Below, piece by piece: positions 1 to 14,132 of a stretch of 64,000 nt of DNA. This stretch comes from Takakia lepidozioides (lineage: Eukaryota > Plantae > Bryophyta). The stretch's first letter is position 1. Each line of letters begins with the position of its first letter. A model generated the notes under the pieces. The model was not told where the DNA came from, did not search any database, and saw nothing but the letters and a program-made list of their open reading frames with translations. The translations under genes and the position numbers were made by a program. The DNA lies in assembly GCA_030704615.1 (NCBI GenBank), contig CM060731.1, positions 41,850,001 to 41,914,000 of the forward strand. Direction: 5' to 3'.

Positions 1-704
1 AAATCATACAAAATCCCAACTCTTCATTTGATTTAATTCTTGATCTTTCAATTTTAAGTGAGGCGTACTTGGTTATCATGATGTTCTTCCCACAACTTTT
101 GGATGGTTCTGTCTCATACTTGAAGCACACTTAAATTGTTCGCATAAGAGAACACAGGAGGCAAATAGTCGGACCGCATATCACAGATACGAAGCCATGT
201 CAAACTCCTTGGAAAAGTAATAAAAGGTTCCCATGTGAAGTCGTGCAAGAAAATAATTCTTAACTCTTTCATTGAGGAAAAGCCTTCTACGGCCAATCCT
301 GTTTCATCTCCCTCCACATTCTTCAAATTCAGTGAAAGCACTTGGACCTTGCGTTTGATCTGGATAGCACCACAACAAATCTGTCATATCTATAGAAAAA
401 CAACATCAACAACATCTTGAAAAAAACATTTCATTCATATGACACCTATGAAACCAATTTAAATATCAATAAAAAAAGGTGAACGCGTCGCCGAAGCAAG
501 CGGTAACTTATGGTGTCACTTGACCCAGAAGGGAGAGGTTATAGAAATATCAATCAAATCTTGTGTTTTTTTTGTACAATGAATATCCCTCAAGTTGTCG
601 AAAAGTATGACACCTCCTGAAGGAAGCGTAGCTTATGGAGTCACTTCACCCCCAAGGGCTACTGCCTTCCCTTAGGAAGGTGGACAACTTCATGACCCAC
701 TAGA

Positions 705-766
705 CCGTGGTTTGAACCCACAACCACATCCGACGTGGTATGTGCCCATTACCACTGGGCTACATG
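705..766 (-). mobile_element. tRNA-derived SINE head in an NLR intron
   Basis: Minus strand reads tgtagcccagtggtaa (A-box-like) ... gggttcaaacc (B-box-like). No convincing cloverleaf. Confidence 0.45.
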
Positions 767-2438
767 CTGGTTGTCATCAAGTTGTCAATTTACACTCAAG
801 TTTTGAAGTTTTATAGCTTTCGAGTGTGTTTGATGTGACAATATACTTCAGCTACCTCAATAGTCACTCATCAATCAAACATTCTTTACCTACACCAAAC
901 AAATTTTTGACAACAAATGGAACACATAATTCAATTTTATGAAATTACCGCATTCTCCATCAGGTCTGTGCCTTGTCTTGGGGTATCCAAAAACCCCTCC
1001 ACTTCTCAAGCAAACCATGTTTTGTCTTCGAAATGTGTCGACCCCTGTCCCCGAGATGATCATGCATCAAGAATCTCCCTCCACCGTCGACCTTCACCAA
1101 TGACTTATCGATGAGATTTCGAAGTCCATTCTTTGCAGCCCACTCAGATGTTTGCCAGGCTCGTTCAGCTGTACCACTTTCAAGGAACATTTTCTGATCA
1201 TCTTCTTGCAAAGCGTCAAAGCTTATCCGCAAGACTTTAATAAATCTTTTACTCTGTCCAAGATAAGATAGGACTTCTTCCCAATTGCCTCGCTCCTTCT
1301 CATCATGCAAGTGTGCGCCAATTATCTCCAAAATTAATGGAAGCCCACCACAAGCTTCAACAACCCCTTTTGCAAGCTTTTCAAAGTGCTCTTTTGGGAT
1401 TGAATTCGAGAAGGCATGCAGATTGAATAACTTCTCTGAATCGTCCTTACAAAGATCCTCAACATTGTAGATACCATCAAATCGTGACATCAGTCGTTTA
1501 TCACGGGATGTCACCACGCAACGACTCCCATCTCAAAGTGCTCCGAGTATCTCTTCGTTGAATAAAGCGTCCATTTGGAATTGATCGTCAATGTCATCCA
1601 ACACAACTAAAACCTTCTTCCCGCGTAGGCGTTCCTTCAATATTACTTTTCCCCGAGCTACGTAATGCATCCTTGAATCCTTTTTTTTGCATATGTCATC
1701 GTGCAATTGCTTTTGCATGTTGACGACCCCATCAGGCTGCTTAGCTCGGTCCTTGATGTCCCACACAAAACTTGCTGCATCAAAACCCGTAAAAATGCTA
1801 TTGTAGCTTTCTTTTGCCAATGTCGTCTTTCCCACTCCACCCGTGCCCCATATGCCAAATTTCCGTACTCCTTGTCCAAGCTCTAGACTTTGGATGACGA
1901 ATTGTGCTCTTTCCTTCAGCCCCATAGGGTGTTTGGCAATTTCAAATGGTAGTATATTTAAGACTTTGGCAACTTGTTCGACCACCTTCTTCACCACACT
2001 TGCTTCGGACCTGCACATCAAGGGCATCAATAAAACTACAGAAGGTAATGTCCCATAAATGAGCCTCGTAGCAAGAGGAGGCTTTACTAGTAAAAGTGAC
2101 ATTGCTCTACTAAAAAATCTGGTCAAGAAGCAGACAATTACAACTAGCAAATTTAAAACAAATAGGAAAAGAAGAGACCCAAAAATGAAGAAAGAAACCA
2201 AAAGAAGCAATGACAAAAAAAAAATGGATACAACGAAAACAATGACCTTAGGTTTCTCATAAACTGGGAATTGCAGTATAGATGATTGCGTCTCACCGAT
2301 CCAAGGACCAAGCAGAAAAACAAGATGTATGGTAGTGACAGAGCCACCATCACTTTCCTACCGAGTGCATGTAAGCCCAACGGCCTAACGATACAAGAAT
2401 GCGCGACAAATCCTTAAAAACAAAATGAGGGAGGAATG

Positions 2439-3347
2439 TGTTAGAGGACTGTAGGGGACTTAGACACTTATACGGGATCTGTAGGGTACCCTTAATTTTT
2501 GCACAGACTGAGACCAACAGGAGCCTTAGGGGTGACAGCAGCGCACTGTAGAGGGGGGTACACAGTCGTACACAGCCCGTCACAGTCGTCACACACAGGT
2601 CACACCCACACAGCCAACACAGCCCGTCACAGCACAGCCCACACCGTCACAGTCGTCACAGCCCACACAGCCACAGCCCGTCACACACATCAGTCACACA
2701 GTTTCACACAGCCAGTCACAGCTTGACACAGCTGTCACGATCATAGGGAACGAAGAGTAGGACAGGGAACGACTGTGGGGAACAACACCTGCGAAGGGAA
2801 CATGTTAGTTCACAGACGACGGTTAGAAGGGGTTAGAACGCGGATAGGAGATAAAGGGAAAAACGGGGAATGAGGGGGATCATTTCGGAGGAGGACTTCT
2901 TAGTCAGGCTGGAGCGGGGATCGGAAGAGATGGAGAGCACGGTGAAGGAGGAAAGAGGATTAGTAGATGCTTGTTATATGCAAAGCTGTAGTGATATTGT
3001 AGAGCAGATTAGAGACACAATGGCTTCGGCCTGATACCTGATAAATCATAATCTGATACTTACGATACAATCACACTGTGTAGAGAGATCTGAGTGAAGC
3101 TGTGGATTGAATGGATGAGTGAAGGAAACCGATAGATTGATGAAGCAAACTGATACTTAATTATCAATGGTAAGGTAGCTAAGATGAATGCAAAAGGGAA
3201 ACAAATAGGAAACACCCCCATGATACACTCTAGCTGTAGGTATGACTGATTGTTCTGCGCGGGCTGAGTACTTAGAGATTTCCAACTCTTCTATCTTGGA
3301 GTTTCCGCCTCGGATAGCGAAGGGATGGGTGAGTAAAAGCCGCGACA
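2439..3347 (+). repeat. 5' LTR (909 bp) with an internal CACAGCC/GTCACA microsatellite
   Basis: Begins TGTTAGAGG and ends CGCGACA; near-identical to 14476-15442. Confidence 0.97.
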
Positions 3348-3349
3348 TT

Positions 3350-3366
3350 TGGCGACCATACTGGGG
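3350..3366 (+). promoter_or_regulatory. Primer-binding site, probably tRNA-Arg type
   Basis: TGGCGACCATACTGGGG lies 2 nt after the LTR end and resembles the plant tRNA-Arg-type PBS (TGGCGAC...ACTGGGG). Confidence 0.75.
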
Positions 3367-4779
3367 CTGGGACATGAACAACCAGATGTGACAGGCATCT
3401 GGTGGGATCATGGTGGTTGGACCATTAAAGAATTTGAAGTGAATCAAATTCCCTGTGGAACGAAGGAAGAAAGATTGTCCAAACAATTCTTTCAAAGGTT
3501 CTTGGAATTGCCAGACGGTTGTAAAGAAAATATTCTTAAACGAGTGCATGATGCTGATCCAGAATGGGGTCTGGAGAAAGGAGTGATAAAGATTTATCAG
3601 GTAGCCTGTAGAGGAAGAGCACGTTGGTTACCAACATTGGTTATGTGATAGCATTGCTATCCATTAAACGAGTAGAGTTTGAAGGCTGGGAAGAAAGAAA
3701 GGTGAATGTTTATACTCATATGCATGAAGAGCTTGTACTGGTAAAGAATTGGATTCCAAGGATTTTGTGGATCAAACTCACACCAAGAACAGCTTTTCAG
3801 ACTTGTTTGCCATATGTTATATGGTAACGGAGACTTCAAGTATAGCCAAGGGTGCATTGAAGCTTGAAAGAAACCCAGGCATATACGAGAGATATTACAG
3901 AAGAGAGTTTTGGTTATTGCCACATTAAAAAGAAATGAAAGACATGGGACATGAGTGATGAAAGAGAAGCTAGACGACAGAGATATTCAGCAAAAGAGAA
4001 AGCTATCTGAAAGCTAATTATCCATATCTTTGGGAGAGAGGAATAGACATAGGGGAATCATCTGGACCTCTCACACCATCAAGATCAAAGAGTGCATCAC
4101 CTATACCGGAAGAACTAGAGTTGGATGCCACTCCTTCTGTTTCTTTGCAAGAAAGATTAAGGGAATTGGTACAGGAAGAAGATCAATCACGAGGTGAAAG
4201 ATCTGAGGTACATCCTTGGATAAAAGACTTGACAGAAATCTTTGATAAGAGTTGGCATGGAACACCAAAAGCAGGAACTCCAGTTTCTGAAGCAGAAGAT
4301 GAAGAAGGAGAAGAGGATGTGGCAGAGCCAACGGAGAGTTCAGACTCCAACACCATTACAGTTGAGTTACATGAGTGAAGAAGAAACCCAAGGGCAGAAC
4401 TTGGAGGATGAAAACAGAGAGAAGAAATTTAGAAGAGGAAGAATATGAAGAAGTAGACCCAACAGCTGAGGTTGAGACTACAACCAGGACATCCCAACCC
4501 GTTGGACCTGGATCAAGTGGAGCACTTGGATCACAGGCCAACGAAGGTGTCGGCTCAGGGGGATCAGGCGGGCTGCCTGGATCTGGCTCTGGGGGGACAG
4601 GGAGTGTGGGAAGTAGTGCAACTGAAGCTGGGAATACTGTGAATATCGTGGGGCCAGAAGCAAGGAGTGCTCAAGGGCCACCACTTGGTGGAAGATCCAC
4701 CACAAAAACAACAGGTCCAGAAGGACCAGCACCAGCAAGGGTGCCAGCACCTGTCAGTGGGCAGAAGGTAGGGCCACAG

Positions 4780-6126
4780 ATGGCGTTACAACCAACACGG
4801 GCAAAACCACCCTTTCCAATATTCAGGAAAAGGGGATCCCGATGTACACATTAGCCAATTTGAGCACATGTGTATAGTGAACAATGAGAATGGCGATGAT
4901 GCCAAGATGAGACTGTTTCCTTGTTCACTTATCAAGAAAGCAAGTGAATGGTATGCAAGATTCCCTGATAATCATTTCCTAACCTGGAATGGCTTGAATA
5001 CAGCATTTCGAAATAGGTTCAGGACAAGTAAAACTGAGGATGAAGTGTATGGAAGTTTACAACAGCTGAAGCAGAAGAAGCATGAAACTGTTGAAGAGTA
5101 TATGGAGAAGATGGAATTGATGATGAAAAAGCTGGCTGCAGTACCAGCGCCCGGTTTACAGAAGACTTGGTTTGTGAGTGGACTAAGACCAGAGTTGCAA
5201 AAGAAAGTGGATATGTTACCCCATAATACAGTGGAGAGGCATTTGAAACTGCGAACAGAATTGAGCAATTGGGAATGCTCAGGAGAGAGAAAAAAGAAGA
5301 TGAGGACTCTGAGGATGAGTCAGATGAAGAAGAAGAGCAAGAACTAAAAAGAAAGAGTAAGAGAAAGGAGAAGTTGAAGAGGGATAACTATGAAAAAAAA
5401 TTGGAAGAAATTGAAGAAGTATGCCACAGAGGCTGCAACACATTGGAGGAAGGGTGTATGGTGTGCAAAGTGCCAGAATGAAGGCCATACCACCACAGAA
5501 TGCCACATGAAGGAGAAACACTGTACTATCTGTAAAATGGATAACCATTCTACTGAGAATTGTTACTACAACAGAAGGACAGCTGCAAGAGAACCTAGGC
5601 AAGTAAGGGTGCATCAGGTGCAGCCCCAGCCAAGAAGAAACAATGATCAGGACCACTGGTAGGTCTGGTGGTTATAACAATGGCATGGAAGGGAGAGGTA
5701 ATTCAAGGGAATTACCAAGGAAATTCCAGAGGCAACTATCAGGGTAATCCAAGGGGGAATTACCAGCCCGGGAATCAGGATTATAGAAATAATCCAAGAA
5801 CAGACCAAGGGCGAGGACCCAATGGTGAAGAGCTATGTTACTATTGTAATCAGCCAGGACATCGCAAGGCAGCCTGTTCATTCTGGATAAGACACCAGAA
5901 TGAGATGAGAGCTCCTGTGAATGAGGGCCCAGTGGTGGCAGCTCACATGGTTAGGCCATGTGTTGTACCAGAAGTAAGTACAATGATAGTAACAAGAAGT
6001 AAAGCCAAACTAATACCTCCAGTAGAAGAGGAAGAAGATGAGACTGGAGTGGCAATGATATGCCTGAAGATGAAGAGACTTGGAAAGATGAGAAGGAACT
6101 GCACAAGGAAGTGGCAGATACTATAA
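4780..6126 (+). CDS. gag: Gag (frameshifted) with three CCHC zinc knuckles
   Basis: Retrotransposon gag core (KMRLFPCSL..ASEWY...TWNGLNTAFRNRF); knuckles CAKCQNEGHTTTEC, CTICKMDNHSTENC and CYYCNQPGHRKAAC. Confidence 0.9.
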
Positions 6127-6229
6127 GGGAAATGCAAAAGAGTACTGATATTCCTGTGGCAGATTCCTCTGATTCGGATGGAGAAAAAGAAGGGAGTGAG
6201 GAAGAAAGGAAAAAAAAAAAGATGCAGAC

Positions 6230-9200
6230 ATGCAAAGTAATGAAGAGACTTTGGCTGCAGTAATATGTCAGACCAAAGCAGAAATTACCATTGGACAGCT
6301 ATTAGCTGTGGCACCTTATTGTAGGCACAGGCTGTATCAGGCAATCAATCGAATTGCCCAAGAGACAGGAAACACAGACCTGAACAGCAAGGTGACCAGT
6401 TATAATGTGAAGCCGGAAGGGCGAGAACCAGTCATGGACTTTGATGATTCTATGCCAGTAATCCAATTGAGAATTGGAAGCACAGAAACTAACTGATGTA
6501 CTGATAGATGGTGGTTCTGGAGTAAATATCATGACAGACCAATTAAGGAAGAAGCTTGGTCTAAGTAACATGAAACCAGCCCCATTTACAGTAACAATGG
6601 CAGATCAAAGAAGTGTACAGCCATTGGGATTTAATAAGAGGAGTTAAGATACAGATACAGAAAATGATCTTTATGATCACAGTAACTGTATTAAAAATGG
6701 ATGAAGTCATGGAGGCTTACTCCTTATTATTGGGACGTCCGTGGCTGAAACAGGCCAGGGTATTCCATGACTGGAATTCTCAGTTACTAACGTGCATAAT
6801 GGGATACACGAGATACAAATTACCACAAAGAAATCTAGTAGATTACCTGCTACAAGAAGACCTCGAGGAGTCAGAGAGTATGACTGGAGAGGAGGACTGG
6901 ATGAGGAGCAGGAAGCTACCCTATTTGCTGCACACCCAGAGTGGGAGCAGGTTGCAGAGATGCGGCTGGAAAGCCTAAGTTGTTTGAGAGGTATCTGCTG
7001 TGGTGTAGTGACAGCAACACCAACTGAAGAGGAAACCAGCATTTACCCATCACATTTCTATGAAGAAGAGAAGGGAGAAATAGAAATCCTAGAAGAACCA
7101 GCCACTGTGAGCTTACAGGATGAAGTGGTGACTGGTTGGACAATCACAGCTGATGAGCAGGTGAGAGAAGTAAATGTGGGAACTCAGGAGGAACCGAGGA
7201 TGGTGAAAGTAGGAGCTGATTTGGAGCCGGAATTCTTCGAAGAAGCTAAAAGCTTGTTCATCAAATACAGAGATGTATTTGCTTGGAGCTATGAGGATCT
7301 AAAAGGGATACCACCTGAAGTCTGTCAGCATAAGATTGAACTGGAACCAGGGTCAGTACCAATCAAGCAGGCGAGGTATAGAATGAATCCCAACTACGCA
7401 CAGAAGGTTGGAGAAGAGATAAAGAAGTTGGCTGAGGCTAAGTTTATATACCCAATAGAGTATACAACTGGTTGTCACCCATTGTTATAGTTCCCAAGAA
7501 GAATGGCAAACTAAGAGTATGTGTGAACTATAAGAAGCTGAATGCTTGTACGAAGAAAGATCCTTTCCCTTTGCCATTCACAGAAGCAGTATTAGACACT
7601 GTGGCAGGCCATGAGATGTACTCATTCATGGATGGCTTCAGTGGTTATAATCAAGTGCAAGTGGCAGAAGAAGACCAAGGGAAAACAGCTTTCATCACAG
7701 ACTGGGGGGCTTATGCATACAAAGTCATGCCCTTTGGACTTTGTAATGCACCAGCGACCTTTCAGAGAGTGATAAGTGAATCTTTTCATGAGTATCTGGA
7801 TGATTTCATGCAGGTATTCTTGGATGATTTCAGTGTGTACAGCTCTAAGAGTGAGCACTTGCATAAATTGGAGTTATGTTTGGCCAGATGCAGGATGAGA
7901 GGTCTGGGCCTGAATCCAGAGAAGTGTACTTTCTGTGTGAACTCAGGGGTGCTTCTGGGACACATTGTGTGTAAGAAGGGACTCCTTGTGGATCCCAGGA
8001 AGACAGAGTCCATTAAAGCTCTCCACCACCAGTGAATGTTAAAAGTTAGGAGATTCCTTGGGCAAACCAGTTATTACAGAAGATTTGTCAAAAGGTATGC
8101 ACAAATAGCAGCACCATTGAGCAAGCTTCTGAAGAAAGATGCAGTGTTTGCCTGGACAGCTGAATGTCAACAGGCGTTTGAGGAACTTACACTGTCAGTA
8201 ACAACAACTACACCTGTGCTGATTAACCCTCACTGGCATGTAGTATTCATGTTCACTGCGATGCATCAGGAGAAGCGTTGGGAGCGGTGTTAGCCCAGAA
8301 TGTTACAGGGAATATAGATTCACCTGTGTACTATGCTAGCCGGTTGATGAACAGTGCTGAGAGGAACTATAGCACAACGGAAAGAGAAGCATTGGCAATG
8401 ATTTATGCAGTCAAGAAATTCAGGCATTACCTATTGGGAAGAAAGTTTATGTTTTATGTGGATCACCAGGCTCTGATATATCTGGTGAACAAACCTTTGA
8501 TAAGTGGAAGGATAGCGAGGTGGTTAATAATCTTGCATGAGTTTGAGTTCGAGGTTATTTACAAGCCTGGGCCGTTTGCATCTTGTGGCAGATCATTTGT
8601 CACGACTAACAACAGGAGAGGCCGCCACAGGAGTGGACGATCAGTTACCTGATGCGAGTTTATTTGTAATGGAGGTGCAAGGAAGTGCAGATGAATGGTT
8701 AGATTGGCAGTGGCCAATCAGATACTACCTTGCTCATGGTCAGTGCCCACCTAGTTATGGTAAGGAGCAGAGGAAGAGAATTGCTATCAAAGCTTTACCT
8801 TATACTATGGTAGGAAGCAGAATGTATAAGTTAGGACCTGATGGAGTACTAAAACGATGCTTGTACCACCATGAAGTAAATAAAGTCTTGGAGGAAGTTC
8901 ATAAAGGAGTGGCTGGAGGTCATTTTGGAGAAGAGACTACCAGTAGAAAGATACTACTCGCAGGATACTGGTGGCCTACTTTGTTCAAAGATGTACACGA
9001 GTATTGTCAGAAGTGTGATGAATGTCAGAGGCTAGGACCTTTGCAGAGATGGAAGGATGGCCTTGCATCCTACAATGCCTACGGAACCATTTCAGAAATG
9101 GGGACTAGACTTTGTTGGACCAATTAATCCACCATCCAAGAATACACGAAACAGGTACATAATTACAGCCACTGATTATACTACAAAGTGGGTGGAAGCT

Positions 9201-9945
9201 AAAGCTTTGAGGGACAACACAGCCAAGTCCACAGCAAGGTTCCTGTACGAGAACATACTTACACGATTTGGCTGTCCCTTAGAATTTATCAGTGATCAAG
9301 GAAGTCACTTCATGAATGAGACCATTGAGTTGTTGACTAAAGAGTTTATGATTGTGCATAGAAAGAGTACAACATATTACCCACAGGGTAATGGGCAGGC
9401 AGAGGCTACCAACAAAATACTATGTACTATCTTGGCTAAGATAGTCAATGCAAACAGAACGGATTGGGATACAAAGCTGCTGACAGCTTTGTGGTCATAC
9501 AGGACTTCATATAAAGTCACCACTAAGTATACACCATTCCAATTAGTTTATGGTATGGAAGCCTTACTTCCAGTGGAATTCCTGTTACCTACCATGAGAA
9601 CGGAGTGGGGAAAAAGAATGGAATTGCAAGACTCCATCAAGGTCAGGAAACATGAATTATACCATGTGTGGAAGAAGTACGTGCTGATGCAGCTGATAAT
9701 ATGACCAGAATTCAGATGAAGCGAAAGGAACAGTTTGATGAAGGCAAGTTAAAGACTTTTAAGACGGGGGATTTGGTTCTATGGTTGCAGAAGAAGAAAG
9801 GAAAGATTCAAGCTTCTAAGCTTAAATCACCATGGAAAGGACCTTATGTCATACAAAAGATGTATGATAACAACACCGCCATGTTACAAACCATTAACAA
9901 AGAAATGCTGGGAAGAGTCAATGCAAATAAGTTGAAGGGGTACAG
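6230..9945 (+). CDS. pol: Pol: aspartic protease, RT, RNase H and integrase (multiple 1-bp frameshifts)
   Basis: Protease VLIDGGSGVN at about 6500; RT SPIVIVPKKNGKLRVC...MPFGLCNAPATFQR...VFLDDF; RNase H ERNYSTTEREALAM; integrase H..H..CQKC, WGLDFVGP, SDQGSHF, GQAE and the GPY motif. Confidence 0.95.
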
Positions 9946-10084
9946 TGGTATCCATGACAAACCCCTGCAGCATGATTTGCATGTTGAACCGCAAGAGCAG
10001 TCACGGGCTGCACCAGTGTTACGAACGGAGTATGGAACACTTGTCGCTAGGCCCAGCATATATGACCAGGGTGGGCAAAACAAA

Positions 10085-10255
10085 CGTGACACAGCCATGC
10101 AACACAGCCTATCACAGCCCCAGCACGGCGCCAACCTACCACAGCGTGTCACAGCCTATCACAGCTTACCACAGTGCATCACAGCCTATCACAGTAACAC
10201 AGTATGACACAGCCTGTCACAGCTCAACACAGCCTACTAAAGTTACACGATCCAT
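10085..10255 (+). repeat. Internal ACAGC-type short-repeat array downstream of integrase
   Basis: Repeated cacagcctatcacag / acagc units resembling the LTR array. Confidence 0.75.
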
Positions 10256-10919
10256 AGAATCAGTGACAAGTGGACACATAATAACTTCAGGAAAATGGAT
10301 GACGGAAGAGAAAAAACGAAATTACTTTAAAAATAGACACGTGGAGGTCAGGGCGCGACACACAGCAGAGAATGAAGTGCAAGGACAGGTGTCAAAAAGA
10401 AAGAGGACAAGAACGGCCGTCAAAAGGGATGAAAGGCGGGCCCATTAATGATACGGAAAAAGGGAAACGGAACGAACGGCAAGTACAGAAAAGCCGAATT
10501 CTTGTCACATGTGTGATCCTAGTGGACTATCCAACAGGGAAAGTCCACTAAAGAAGATAAAATTTAAAATCCAGTCACAGCGGATACAGCCAATAGAAAA
10601 CCAGAGAAAGGATCAAGAAAATGGAGGGAAATTGAGCGCAAGAGGCGGCGTCGTTCTGAGTAACGGGCGTCTCGACAGGACAGGCCATAAATGCTATAAC
10701 TTGGAAACTATGGAGGAACTAACAGACTATACGCTCGCAATATTACTTACGCAGTGGCATAGACACGAAAGGAAGAGCAGAGCTTTTCTGAGCAATGCTT
10801 GCAAGCCCCGCAGGCTTACAAGAAATTACCCATAGCTTTCTGCGGCAACCATACGTTTATGCTTTGTGCACTACAGGCATTCCTGCAGTTGTTACAGCCA
10901 AAGCAGTTGTGAGTCTAAA

Positions 10920-13900
10920 ATGAAGAGAGTGAGAGGAATGGAGGAAATCAGGGTGAAGAGCACCACAATTCTGCAGAAACAAACGATGGCTACCCCACAG
11001 GCGATAAGATACTGGAGGAGCTGAGATTGGAAGGATTGCAAAGCCTAGATTGGACACTACACCATAGACAGTACATGTTACAATTTTTGCAGAACTTTGA
11101 GCCAAGGACAGGAACAACAACGGTGAAGGGAGTTGAATTAATGATTACTCCCTATACCTCCAGCAATTGTTTCGATTGCCAGCAGGTCAGGTGCATGTGG
11201 AGGAACACAGGGCAAGACTGCAAATAGGGGACTTATTCCAAGAAGGGAGTTTCTTTAAAACTCAGGGTTATGCTTGTACCAAAGCTGTGTACCCAGGGTT
11301 AAAAGAGATAGGCCAGGTATTGAACGTTCTGATTGCCCTGAACCAACAATATTTGAGCAGATCCTTCACAGAGGAAATACTCAAAGGCCTGAAGGGACAA
11401 GAGGTACAATGGGCGGACATAATGTACAACGCACTAGTAGAGGAGATGAAAAGATTACAAGGTACTACCGCAAAGTCTCCTATCATAGTGTCTGGCCCAA
11501 TCATTGCTCAAATAATCCTTAATTCTGGCATACTTAATGCACAAGAAAGGAAAGGAAATGGGAGTGTTTGAGCCAGAACAACTGCAATGGAAGAGCAAGG
11601 CTCTTCACACAGTGAGGGTGGACTAGCAGCACAACCCGAGACTAAGAGGCAGAGAAGGGGAAAGACTGTAGTGGCGGATCCACTGGCTTCACGGATTCCG
11701 CATGATAATGTTTCCCAAGCTCATGGCCAGGAAGGGGCACAGCAGCACAGAAAATGCTATTACTGGAAGCAGGACCTTCAGAGAGGGAGGAGGAAGTTAC
11801 TTCTGCAACACAACACAGCCACTTGAACGACTTGTCACAAGGTCACAAGTTATCCATGCAGCTCAACCCGAAATAATTGATTTGGAAAGTGAAGGGATAG
11901 ATATTCCAACTACAGAACAGATAGTGGCAGAAATAGAGAAAGGGGACCTTCTCTATGAATATTCTGGTCTGGTCAAGGAGACAGAAATCCCAGAGGTGCA
12001 ACAGTTGCCCAAGGGAAATCCTGAGGTGCATATAATACACACACCTGTGTCGGAGGTACCACAGGCGGAAGGTCATGACACTGTAGCACCGGTGATAGAT
12101 GAAGTAGTTCAGGAAGAAAATCCGGTGGGACAATGGCCTGAATGGTTAGTGAGACATCATACTGTTGAAGATCAGGAGGAAAGCAGCAACCTCACCATGA
12201 TGACCCTCAACAGGCAATGCTGATGAGTTCCATAGGCAGGACACTTAATTTGTTGGGGACTTATGTCAAATCCCATGTTCCAATTACCCAATTGACAGCC
12301 TTGAAAGAGGAACTCAGGAAGGAGTTTGAGGCTCGACTTGCCACTGAGTGTGCAAACAAGGTCGATGAAGAGGTCACTCTCAAGATGAAGCAGGACTTGG
12401 GAATACAGAAATGGCTTTGCAATTGGCCAAGCAACAAATTGAGGCAGGCCTCGCGCAAGACCAGTTGCACGAAGCACATAAGCAACAGCTATACCAAATG
12501 CAGGTGCAGCATGAAAGCAAGTTGCAAGAACTGAATGCACTACATACGGAGTTGCAGACAGTGCATAACAGGATGGCGATACAATGTGCTATTTACAACT
12601 ATGCTTGACCAATCTACAAAAGAAATAAACAGTCAAGCGGAAAAATGTACGAAGGCAGAAGAAGAGAATGTTGAGCAAATGAAGCTCATTGTCGATATGA
12701 AGAATACAATCTGTCGCAATGAAGATACTTTCAAGCAATACAGGCAGATGGAAGCTGATCAAGAGAAACACATCGTGGAGTTGCAACAAACCATGTGGCC
12801 AATAGAAATGAAATCGCGGTCAGTAACAAGGCTTGGAAGGAAGCCAATAATCTACTTGCTGCCTATGCGCAATTGGTTGAGCCACAGGCGAAGCGCATGG
12901 AGGCTTTACAACAGCAGTTGGAATTGTACAAGCTAAGAGAGGAGCAAACTCTCAGGGGAACCACAAGCAGCTTGGTGGATAACAGCCTTATGCAGGTCTG
13001 GTTAGCACAAGGGCCAGTAGAGGGCAAAAGCCCACGGAAGCTCACCCAAAGCGAGATGAATGAGCTCAGACTGCAGGTGCAGAACATTGCCACAACTACT
13101 ATAGACAATGTCTATAGTAGGATAGCAGAGTTACAAGAGGATGTAGACGGACTCCAGACTCAAGTGGAAGACCTCACTTCAAACATCGACCAAAGAGTCT
13201 ATATCCCTCAGGAACAGCTAATGGCTTCTTATTTGCAAGCCAGAACTCTGGCTTTTCAGTCTTCACAGGAGGTGCAGGAGATGCCAATGATACAGGAGCC
13301 AGTTACCACCACCACCACAACAGGTCATGTACCAGTAGCTGAACCTGTGGTTACTACAACCACACCACAGCCACCACAGCCGGAGGTATGGGGCAATGCC
13401 GCTTTTAACCCACCTAAAACTCCAGCTGCAAGGGAGTACAGCAGGGCTATGCTTATGCCCTTCAACCAAATTCCCATCATGTTGGATTTGGCTTGGAAAG
13501 AATTTAGTCCTCCGCAGTCATTCGCACATTACTACCAAATCATGCGTTTGGCTGCCAGTGGCAACTAGGACTAAAGTTCTTCCAAACAATCGACATATTG
13601 AAGATCATCACTTTGCACAATACTGGCACGAGGCAGGTACCATGTTGAGGGAATTGGTTGCTTTCCAGGTTGTACATGGACTCATTTATACCAAGACCAA
13701 GGAGATAGCAAGTATTGTCATGGGGTGCGGGCTATACTACGCTGCTTGTTTTCTGGTACGTTACCACATTGAGCAACAAAAGATGCAAACACGCTTTCAA
13801 AGTTATTCCAGTGGAGATCATTGGGTATTACCTTCGGTGCCACCTCATATGTACCTATATGACCCAAAAGTTATGATGCAAAGGATTCTCAAATTCGTTC

Positions 13901-14132
13901 ATGGTTTCAAGCAGCCTGCAACCATTTGTCAACACAGAAATTCGGACTTGATGACATTTTCTATAAGGGACATGTGGCATGGAAGTACTTGCACGCTGCA
14001 CCAGTAATTGGTACCCCACTCACCTGGACAGACAAGGAGCTCAGTGTCTACACCAATTTTGCTGTTCAGCGGTTACACCAAGTTGTAAAATGCAAACTTC
14101 CAGATGGTAGGACAGCATTGTGCCCCAGATGA
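10920..14132 (+). CDS. Extra 3' ORF of the gypsy element (about 1000 codons, frameshifted): Athila ORF1/Transposase_32-like N-terminus plus a long coiled coil
   Basis: Chained ORFs 11027-14132. LQFLQNF..TTVKGVELMITP..LFRLP and VQWADIMYNAL..SGPIIAQII resemble the plant-transposon domain of Athila extra ORFs. The E/Q/K-rich heptad region spans about 12250-13250. Confidence 0.6.

Noticed and set aside
2011-2216. Hydrophobic N-terminus of ORF 1533-2216 as a transmembrane NLR domain
   Set aside because: It is T-rich intron read-through upstream of the acceptor at 2012-2011.
7810-7835. RT motif FLDD instead of YxDD as an inactivating change
   Set aside because: F-x-DD is normal in Athila-related plant gypsy lineages.
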